Assembly: GCA_017355425.1 (NCBI GenBank)
Contig: CP070233.1
Location: 5,341,272 to 5,389,271, forward strand
Reading direction: 5' to 3'
DNA from: Dolichospermum sp. DET69
GTDB lineage: Bacteria; Cyanobacteriota; Cyanobacteriia; Cyanobacteriales; Nostocaceae
Length of the DNA: 48,000 nucleotides
In this document: piece after piece, positions 27,684 to 35,962 of the stretch
How the letters are laid out: every line of letters starts with the position of its first letter
Position numbering within the stretch: position 1 is the stretch's first letter
The notes under the pieces: generated by a model
Told to the model about the DNA's origin: nothing
What the model saw: the letters and a program-made list of their open reading frames with translations, nothing else
Database searches by the model: none
Translations under genes and position numbers: made by a program

Positions 27684-30535
27684 GTCGGAACTATGATTTA
27701 TGTAATTTGTTTGATTGGGATGATTAATTTGTCTGAACTGTGATTCTTGTGATTAGTTTGATTAAGATGATTTGATTTGTTAATCATCTCAATCACATAA
27801 ATCAAATTAATCATAGTTCAGAAATTATTCGTCTGAACTGTGATTCTTGTGATTAGTTTGATTAAGATGATTTGATTTGTTAATCATCTCAATCACATAA
27901 ATCAAATTAATCATAGTTCAGAAATTATTCGTCTGAACTGTGATTCTTGTGATTAGTTTGATTAAGATGATTTGATTTGTTAATCATCTCAATCACATAA
28001 ATCAAATTAATCATAGTTCAGAAATTATTCGTCGGAACTGTGATTCTTGTGATTAGTTTGATTAAGATGATTTGATTTGTTAATCATCTAAATCACATAA
28101 ATCAAATTAATCATAGTTCAGAAATTATTCGTCGGAACTGTGATTCTTGTAATTAGTTTGATTAAGATGATTTGATTTGTTAATCATCTCAATCACAAAA
28201 ATCAAATTAATCATAGTTCAGAAATTATTCGTCTGAACTGTGATTCTTGTGATTAGTTTGATTAAGATGATTTGATTTGTTAATCATCTCAATCACATAA
28301 ATCAAATTAATCATAGTTCAGAAATTATTCGTCGGAACTGTGATTCTTGTGATTAGTTTGATTAAGATGATTTGATTTGTTAATCATCTCAATCACATAA
28401 ATCAAATTAATCATAGTTCAGAAATTATTCGTCGGAACTGTGATTCTTGTGATTAGTTTGATTAAGATGATTTGATTTGTTAATCATCTCAATCACATAA
28501 ATCAAATTAATCATAGTTCAGAAATTATTAGTCTGAACTGTGATTCTTGTGATTAGTTTGATTAAGATGATTTGATTTGTTAATCATCTCAATCACATAA
28601 ATCAAATTAATCATAGTTCAGAAATTATTAGTCTGAACTGTGATTCTTGTGATTAGTTTGATTAAGATGATTTGATTTGTTAATCATCTCAATCACATAA
28701 ATCAAATTAATCATAGTTCAGAAATTATTAGTCTGAACTGTGATTCTTGTGATTAGTTTGATTAAGATGATTTGATTTGTTAATCATCTCAATCACATAA
28801 ATCAAATTAATCATAGTTCAGAAATTATTAGTCTGAACTGTGATTCTTGTGATTAGTTTGATTAAGATGATTTGATTTGTTAATCATCTCAATCACATAA
28901 ATCAAATTAATCATAGTTCAGAAATTATTCGTCGGAACTGTGATTCTTGTGATTAGTTTGATTAAGATGATTTGATTTGTTAATCATCTCAATCACATAA
29001 ATCAAATTAATCATAGTTCAGAAATTATTCGTCTGAACTGTGATTCTTGTGATTAGTTTGATTAAGATGATTTGATTTGTTAATCATCTCAATCACATAA
29101 ATCAAATTAATCATAGTTCAGAAATTATTCGTCTGAACTGTGATTCTTGTGATTAGTTTGATTAAGATGATTTGATTTGTTAATCATCTCAATCACAAAA
29201 ATCAAATTAATCATAGTTCAGAAATTATTCGTCGGAACTGTGATTCTTGTGATTAGTTTGATTAAGATGATTTGATTTGTTAATCATCTCAATCACATAA
29301 ATCAAATTAATCATAGTTCAGAAATTATTCGTCGGAACTGTGATTCTTGTGATTAGTTTGATTAAGATGATTTGATTTGTTAATCATCTAAATCACATAA
29401 ATCAAATTAATCATAGTTCAGAAATTATTCGTCGGAACTGTGATTCTTGTAATTAGTTTGATTAAGATGATTTGATTTGTTAATCATCTCAATCACAAAA
29501 ATCAAATTAATCATAGTTCAGAAATTATTCGTCGGAACTGTGATTCTTGTGATTAGTTTGATTAAGATGATTTGATTTGTTAATCATCTCAATCACATAA
29601 ATCAAATTAATCATAGTTCAGAAATTATTAGTCTGAACTGTGATTCTTGTGATTAGTTTGATTAAGATGATTTGATTTGTTAATCATCTCAATCACATAA
29701 ATCAAATTAATCATAGTTCAGAAATTATTAGTCTGAACTGTGATTCTTGTGATTAGTTTGATTAAGATGATTTGATTTGTTAATCATCTCAATCACATAA
29801 ATCAAATTAATCATAGTTCAGAAATTATTCGTCGGAACTGTGATTCTTGTGATTAGTTTGATTAAGATGATTTGATTTGTTAATCATCTTAATCACATAA
29901 ATCAAATTAATCATAGTTCAGAAATTATTCGTCTGAACTGTGATTCTTGTGATTAGTTTGATTAAGATGATTTGATTTGTTAATCATCTAAATCACATAA
30001 ATCAAATTAATCATAGTTCAGAAATTATTCGTCTGAACTGTGATTCTTGTGATTAGTTTGATTAAGATGATTTGATTTGTTAATCATCTTAATCACAAAA
30101 ATCAAATTAATCATAGTTCAGAAATTATTCGTCTGAACTGTGATTCTTGTGATTAGTTTGATTAAGATGATTTGATTTGTTAATCATCTCAATCACATAA
30201 ATCAAATTAATCATAGTTCAGAAATTATTCGTCGGAACTGTGATTCTTGTGATTAGTTTGATTAAGATGATTTGATTAATCACAAAAATCAGATAAATCA
30301 TAAAAATCATAGTTCAGAAATTATTCGTCTGAACTGTGATTCTTGTGATTAGTTTGATTCAGATGATTTGATTTGTTAATCATCTCAATCACATAAATCA
30401 AATTAATCAAATTAATCATAGTTCAGAAATTATTCGTCTGAACTGTGATTCTTGTGATTAGTTTGATTAAGATGATTTGATTTGTTAATCATCTTAATCA
30501 CATAAATCAAATTAATCATAGTTCAGAAATTATTC
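27684..30535. repeat. Tandem array: degenerate half-unit, then 25 units of exactly 100 bp, then three irregular units (96, 109 and 100 bp). Each unit is an imperfect palindrome.
   Basis: The consensus unit gtctgaactgtgattcttgtgattagtttgattaagatgatttgatttgttaatcatctcaatcacataaatcaaattaatcatagttcagaaattattc recurs in perfect 100-bp register from 27731 to 30230. Only 5 positions vary. There are stops in all six frames and no ORF of 60 aa or more. Confidence 0.97.
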
Positions 30536-33500
30536 GGCTTTGGCTACTAGGGTTACTCGTCCTTGAGAACTATAACCAACTTCACCAATATATCTATTGG
30601 AATCATGCAATTCAGCAACAATATATTCGGCAGATTCGTGAGGATCTAAAGTAGGATTGAGGTCAATTGCTCGGAAAAATACCTGTGGCCATTCCCATCG
30701 CAAACTCTTAGTTAAACCAAACAAACCAGCAGCAATTGCACTAAAATTACCTTGATGTCCTAATCCAAATTCACCGTCAAGATGGGCAACTGTGCAGAAA
30801 CTTGTTCTTCCTTCTAAAGCTGCGGCATTATTCAAAGTTGCTTTCAGGTTTTTAGCCATTAAAAACACTTGTTTAATAATTGCTTTTTCGGCTTCTGGAT
30901 AGGAAATATGCCCAGGTTTTTCAGGAGTAAATTGAGGATGTAGGTGAATAAATGCCCCAATCGGTCCGTGTTTAGTCATCACACTTTGCAATAATAATTG
31001 CAGATGTTGTTCACTCATATTTGCCAAAGTTACGCGGGTAACACCTACGGGTAATGGCAATTGCTCGGAAACTAACGATTGGGGGAAACTCAAAACTACT
31101 ATTTGCCAACCTTGTTCAATCAGTGCATGGGCTAGTTTGGTGGTAGTTAAAGAACCATCATCAGTGATTAAAGCAATGTGTCCTTCTGGTAATTTCGCTT
31201 CCCAAAAATCTGGGCGTGGTAAGGTTTTGAGTTTAGCAGGACGACGGGGAAGATTTGTGGGTACTATTGGTGGTGGGGTTAAATCGGCTGTGATATTAGA
31301 CCCCACCCCTGTGGTTGTTACCGAGTTAACATCAAACTGCGACTTTTTTTTTTCACCTCCCACCAATGATTGGAGGTAGTTTACGATTTGCCCGATTGTC
31401 CGTAGGTCGCCTAATTCTTCTATATTTGGTTTGGGTAAGTCGGGATATGCTTCCTGCATTGCTCCCAGTATTTCTACCCGTTTGATGGAATCTATGCCTA
31501 AGTCGGCTTCCATGTCCATGTCCAGTTCTAGCATTTCCACTGGATAACCTGTTTTTTCACTGGTGATGTTTAACAGGGTTTGTCCTAAATCAGCGTATTC
31601 GTTGCTGTTTTCTGAACTGGCTTCTGGAGGTGTGAAGACGGGAATAAATTCGGAAGTAGGAACTAATGGTAACTCAGGTATACTGATGATTGGTTCGGGG
31701 GCAATTTCTTCTTTTACCTCTTCCTTATCACCTTCTTTACTGTTACCTGTAACCTGTCCCCTGTCACCCATTCCTTGCAGATATTCAACAACTTGACCAA
31801 TAGTGCGTTTTTCTGCGAGTTCTTCAAGGTTAGGTTTGGGTAAGTTAGGGTATAACTCTTGCAATCCTCCCAGAATTTCTACTCGTTTAATAGAGTCAAT
31901 TCCTAAGTCTGCTTCCATATCCATATCGAGTTCTAGCATTTCGATAGGATAACCAGTTTTTTCGCTGGTAATACTTAATAAGTTGTTAGCTAGATCATCC
32001 AGATTCAGATTGCTGGTTACAGGTTCTGGTTCGGGAATAAATGCAACTACGGGAGCAACTGGTTCTGGAGTTGGTTCGGGAATAAATGCAACTACGGGAG
32101 CAATTGGTTCTGGAGTTGGTTCGGGAATAAATGCAACCACAGGAGCAACTGGTGCAGCAATTACAGGTTCTGCAACTTTCACGACAGGGGGAATAGTTGC
32201 TTCTACAAGTTGAACTTTTGGCTCAATTACTGGTAGTGCCTGAGGAGGAATAATGTTAACGTTAGCAGCACTGGTATTTACAGATGTTCCTTCTTGGGTA
32301 TCAGAAATTAGTTGAGAATATTCTTCTTGAATGAGTTGGAAAAAGTGTTTGGTATATTCCACCTGTTCCCGCAGATATTGTTCATGAATGCGGAGGGTTT
32401 CACCTTGTTGGGAATGAAACTGCATCATGCTGCGCTCTAAGCTTTCCATGATTACTTGCTTAATTTGAGCAGCATCTACGGAAGATTTAACATTAGCAAA
32501 TAAGGTGTTTTGCTGTTGCATTAATTGGAAGAAGGTTTTGGCATATTCCATCTGATGATTGAGATATGTACCGTGAACTTCTAAATTCTCGCTTTGATTG
32601 TCTTGAAACTGGCTCAAAAGTGTTTCTAAGCTAGTGAGAATTTGTTGGCAATTTACAAGCTTATTTGGTGTTTGCATCTTCTCTATGGATTGCTGCGCGA
32701 AAATTGCTGGAACTGGTTCTTTTATAATAGTTGCAGTTGTCATTTGGGGCTGTAACAGGGTTTCAATGACAGGTTGTTTTTTATGTCCATTACCGTTGCC
32801 GTTATGTCCATTGGTTGCGGCAATTTTGGTAATTACAGAAGTTTCAATTTCTGCAATTTTTGGCGCGGTTTCTGGTTCTGGATTTTTGGGTGCAGACCCT
32901 GCGCTCCTACTTCCCACTTGATGCCCGTCTGCTAATGCTTCCTGAAAGGCATTTCTGGTTTTGTCGGAAACGTAGTTAATGCCGGTTAATTTGACGCTGA
33001 GGGTCTTTTTGGTGGAAATGGGAGGCAATACGGCAGGAAGTTGGTAGGGGTCGAGATTGCTAAGATTCATCCCGATAACGCGCAACTGAACTGCGGCTTC
33101 TCGCAAAGAGCGATCGCTGTTTTTTGAGCTACTAGGATTCAGCGATATGGTAAGATGTGGGCGATCGCCTAAGGTATCTTTTACCAAGTTACTCAAAACC
33201 CGTTTGGGACCAAATTCTACGAAGCAATAACCACCAGCCCCATAGATATTTTCAATCTCTTGCTTAAACAAAACTGAACTAGCTAAATGGCTTTCTAAGT
33301 TCTTTTGAATTGCTGCTGCATTCTGGGGATAATGTTTACCGGTGACGTTACTAAAAACGGGAATTTGGGGATTTTGGAAAGTTACAGATTTGGTCGCAAT
33401 AGCAAAGGATTTTTGCGCGAATGCAATCAACGGAGTATGGAAAGCCGCAGATACAGGCAATAAAACTGCACTATATCCCAACTTTTGGCAAGCATCCTGG

Positions 33501-35962
33501 ATTTTCTGAATTTCTAACTTTGGCCCAGCCAAAACAATCTGCGTGGGAGAATTAAAGTTAGCAATACTTACTTTGGGAAATTGCTTCAGCACAGGTTCAA
33601 TTTTGCTGATATCTTCCTTCACCGCTAACATACTTCCAGCATCATGATCTGGGTCTTTGGGTGCAGCCATTGCTTGTCCTCTAGCCTTCACCAGAAACAA
33701 GTAATCAGCCTCACTCAACACTCCAGCCGCCCACAAAGCCGTTAATTCACCAAAACTATGTCCAGCGGTGAAATCTGCTTTAAACCCAGCTTGCTGCAAA
33801 ATCCCATATAAACCAGCACTAAATACCCCAATTGCTGGCTGTGCATATTCGGTTCTTTGTAAAGCTGCAATTTGCGCTTTTTTCTCAACTTCATCAAAGG
33901 AAGAATGGGGGAAAACAATTTCAGAAACTGGTTGCAAATTACTTTGCTTGAATAGATGATCCATCTTGCCATATAACTGTCGCAAGCTGGGGAAATTCAT
34001 CACCGCTTCTCTTCCCATTTCCAGATATTGAGAACCTTGTCCAGAGAATAAAGCGACAACTTTTCCAGCTAATTCTATGCCATTAGAACGGTAATAAATT
34101 CCTTGAGGATGTTCCCAAGCTGTTACATCAGGCTTATTTTTAAGTAAATCAATCCCAGTTTTGAGTAACTTACAAGCCTCTGGCAAATTCTCAGCTACAA
34201 ACCCAATTCTTGCTGCCGTTTTGGGAATAGTTAGAGATTGACAATCTAGGACTAATTGGGAATAGTATCTATCCCCATCATTAGCTTGTAAATTATTGAA
34301 AGTTGCTTCTAACTTAGTAATTAATTCGGCGTGAGTTGCACCAAATAACAACACTTCACTAGCCCCACCATGTAAACGATAAGGATTTTGTTGTTCTGGT
34401 TCGTATTCTTCTAAAACAACGTGGTAATTTGTGCCACCAAAACCAAAAGCACTTACACCCGCACGTCGGGGAGTTTCACCTTCTGCTTTTATCCAAGGTC
34501 TAGTTTGAGTGTTGAGATAAAAGGAGGAATTTTCAATATCTAATTTGGGATTTGGTTCGGTAATATTGATAGTTGCTGGTAATATCTTGTGATGCAATGC
34601 TAAGGCAGTTTTAATTAAACTAGCTGTACCAGCAGCGGCTTTTGTATGTCCAATTTGGGATTTTACACTTCCCAAAGCAATATGTTGTTTTTGGGTATCA
34701 TGTTTACCAAAGAAATCTCTTAAAGAACTAAATTCTATAGGATCTCCTGCCATTGTTCCTGTACCATGTGCCTCCATCAAACCTACAGTAGCAGGAGAGA
34801 AACCAGCATCATCATAAGCCCGTTCTAAGGCTTTAACTTGTCCTTCTTTTCTAGGAGCATAAATACTCTTGTAACGACCATCACTAGAAGTACCAATTCC
34901 CTTAATTACCGCATAGATTTTATCCCCATCTCTTTGGGCATCTTCTAAGCGTTTGAGGAGAATCATCCCAATACCTTCTCCTAACATCATCCCGTCAGAT
35001 TTAGCATCAAATGGTTTGACATTTTCGCTAGAAGTAACTGCTGGAGTTTTGCTAAAAGAGATGTAAGCCATGATAGTGTTATCGGTGTCTACTCCACCAG
35101 TTAACATCATATCGCTACGATGTTCAACTAATTCACTAATGGCCATTTTTAATGCGCCAAAGGAACTAGCACAAGCCGCATCAACTACACAGTTTGTACC
35201 ACCAAAATTGAAACGATTAGCAATTCTACCAGCAACCACATTTGCTAACATTCCAGGAAAAGCATTTTCATCCCATTTCACATAAGCAGATTTAATTTTA
35301 TCAACGATTTTTTTAGTATCTTCGTCAGATAAACCACTGCTTTTAAGGACTTTTTCCCAAACCGGATATTCTAATCTGGCAGCTAATGGCATTCCCAATT
35401 GTTTGCCCATTGCTACACCCAAAATTACGCCGATATTCTCGCGGCTAAATTCACGGGAGTCACCATAACCAGCATCTTCCATTGTTTCTTTCGCAACTAC
35501 TAAACTTAATAGTTGGGAAACATCTGTAACTTCTAAAATGCTGGGAGGAATGCCAAATTCCATGGGGTTAAAATCAACTTCAGGAATAAAACCACCACGT
35601 TTACAATAGGTTTTATCTTCTGGTGTTCTAGGATTAGGATCATAGTAGTCTTCTACACTCCAATGACTAGAAGGAACATCAGTAATACAATCAATTTTAT
35701 TAACAATATTTCGCCAATAGTCTCTTAATGTTCTGGACTGAGGCATTAAAGATGCCATACCAACAATAGCTATGGGAGTTGTATGTAGTTTTCTATTAAT
35801 TTCGTTAGTTGGCATGGAATTTTCTGATTGCGTGGCGTTAGTCATGTTCATTTTTTCTTCCTTGATAAACCTAAGCAAAGCTTGTTCACAACTATTAATT
35901 TGGGATTCTAATTCCGCTAAACCATTATTAATTGTGTCTATCTTTTTGGGGGGACAAGACAT
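30530..35962 (-). CDS. hglE: HglE: type I PKS/PUFA-synthase-like protein, KS-AT-ACP-ACP plus a C-terminal KR structural region
   Basis: 1810 aa. KS (VVDAACASSFGALKMA, EAHGTGT, KSQIGHTKAAAG), AT (GHSFGELTALWAAG), two carrier domains (LGIDSIKRVEILG twice), and a C-terminal PfaA-like pseudo-KR (GLFGLTKSLRWEWPQVFFRAIDL). The start is uncertain: 35962, or the internal MNMTNATQ about 38 codons later. Confidence 0.9.
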   Translation of the reverse strand: MSCPPKKIDTINNGLAELESQINSCEQALLRFIKEEKMNMTNATQSENSMPTNEINRKLHTTPIAIVGMASLMPQSRTLRDYWRNIVNKIDCITDVPSSHWSVEDYYDPNPRTPEDKTYCKRGGFIPEVDFNPMEFGIPPSILEVTDVSQLLSLVVAKETMEDAGYGDSREFSRENIGVILGVAMGKQLGMPLAARLEYPVWEKVLKSSGLSDEDTKKIVDKIKSAYVKWDENAFPGMLANVVAGRIANRFNFGGTNCVVDAACASSFGALKMAISELVEHRSDMMLTGGVDTDNTIMAYISFSKTPAVTSSENVKPFDAKSDGMMLGEGIGMILLKRLEDAQRDGDKIYAVIKGIGTSSDGRYKSIYAPRKEGQVKALERAYDDAGFSPATVGLMEAHGTGTMAGDPIEFSSLRDFFGKHDTQKQHIALGSVKSQIGHTKAAAGTASLIKTALALHHKILPATINITEPNPKLDIENSSFYLNTQTRPWIKAEGETPRRAGVSAFGFGGTNYHVVLEEYEPEQQNPYRLHGGASEVLLFGATHAELITKLEATFNNLQANDGDRYYSQLVLDCQSLTIPKTAARIGFVAENLPEACKLLKTGIDLLKNKPDVTAWEHPQGIYYRSNGIELAGKVVALFSGQGSQYLEMGREAVMNFPSLRQLYGKMDHLFKQSNLQPVSEIVFPHSSFDEVEKKAQIAALQRTEYAQPAIGVFSAGLYGILQQAGFKADFTAGHSFGELTALWAAGVLSEADYLFLVKARGQAMAAPKDPDHDAGSMLAVKEDISKIEPVLKQFPKVSIANFNSPTQIVLAGPKLEIQKIQDACQKLGYSAVLLPVSAAFHTPLIAFAQKSFAIATKSVTFQNPQIPVFSNVTGKHYPQNAAAIQKNLESHLASSVLFKQEIENIYGAGGYCFVEFGPKRVLSNLVKDTLGDRPHLTISLNPSSSKNSDRSLREAAVQLRVIGMNLSNLDPYQLPAVLPPISTKKTLSVKLTGINYVSDKTRNAFQEALADGHQVGSRSAGSAPKNPEPETAPKIAEIETSVITKIAATNGHNGNGNGHKKQPVIETLLQPQMTTATIIKEPVPAIFAQQSIEKMQTPNKLVNCQQILTSLETLLSQFQDNQSENLEVHGTYLNHQMEYAKTFFQLMQQQNTLFANVKSSVDAAQIKQVIMESLERSMMQFHSQQGETLRIHEQYLREQVEYTKHFFQLIQEEYSQLISDTQEGTSVNTSAANVNIIPPQALPVIEPKVQLVEATIPPVVKVAEPVIAAPVAPVVAFIPEPTPEPIAPVVAFIPEPTPEPVAPVVAFIPEPEPVTSNLNLDDLANNLLSITSEKTGYPIEMLELDMDMEADLGIDSIKRVEILGGLQELYPNLPKPNLEELAEKRTIGQVVEYLQGMGDRGQVTGNSKEGDKEEVKEEIAPEPIISIPELPLVPTSEFIPVFTPPEASSENSNEYADLGQTLLNITSEKTGYPVEMLELDMDMEADLGIDSIKRVEILGAMQEAYPDLPKPNIEELGDLRTIGQIVNYLQSLVGGEKKKSQFDVNSVTTTGVGSNITADLTPPPIVPTNLPRRPAKLKTLPRPDFWEAKLPEGHIALITDDGSLTTTKLAHALIEQGWQIVVLSFPQSLVSEQLPLPVGVTRVTLANMSEQHLQLLLQSVMTKHGPIGAFIHLHPQFTPEKPGHISYPEAEKAIIKQVFLMAKNLKATLNNAAALEGRTSFCTVAHLDGEFGLGHQGNFSAIAAGLFGLTKSLRWEWPQVFFRAIDLNPTLDPHESAEYIVAELHDSNRYIGEVGYSSQGRVTLVAKAE
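32022..32165 (-). repeat. 45-bp in-frame tandem repeat (about 3 copies) inside hglE, encoding a Pro/Ala/Val-rich linker
   Basis: ggttcgggaataaatgcaac starts at 32028, 32073 and 32118. The protein reads APVVAFIPEPTPEPI / APVVAFIPEPTPEPV / APVVAFIPEPEPV, just upstream of the first ACP. Confidence 0.9.

Noticed and set aside
27810-27837. The heterocyst DIF+ motif (TCCGGA) in the array or in the HGL intergenic regions
   Set aside because: I found no exact TCCGGA in 35963-37733 or in the array. The closest word is TTCCGA in the gtcG variant units, with 4 of 6 positions matching, which is not convincing.
27684-30535. The tandem array as a CRISPR array
   Set aside because: Units are contiguous and essentially identical over their full 100 bp. 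There are no unique spacers between repeats and no cas genes or leader in the window.
27731-30535. A 29-codon micro-ORF in every unit on the minus strand (MINLIYVIEMINKSNHLNQTNHKNHSSDE)
   Set aside because: It has no Shine-Dalgarno sequence and its composition is low-complexity. The catcta variant units (28031, 29331, 29931) introduce an in-frame TAG at codon 9, and the attatta variants move the stop. There is thus no sign of coding constraint. I list it only so that ribosome profiling can exclude it.
27684-30535. The array as a pure assembly artefact
   Set aside because: This cannot be excluded without reads. However, the five polymorphic positions occur in a specific non-periodic order, including an exactly duplicated two-unit block and three irregular terminal units. 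A collapsed or expanded short-read artefact would not normally produce that. I kept it as a finding with long-read verification requested.
3918-35285. About 30 short track ORFs nested antisense or out of frame inside large genes (e.g. 3918-4133, 5595-5831, 8100-8351, 10305-10786, 12335-13046, 13638-13820, 14879-15064, 15513-15797, 16134-16340, 17960-18157, 19644-19826, 22082-23177, 26349-26555, 31137-32921, 33742-33972, 35070-35285, and beyond this range 38693-38884, 39559-39777, 44401-44721, 46631-46936)
   Set aside because: Each overlaps a longer ORF that has clear family motifs. Their translations are compositionally odd mirror images of the real frame, and none has an independent start context.
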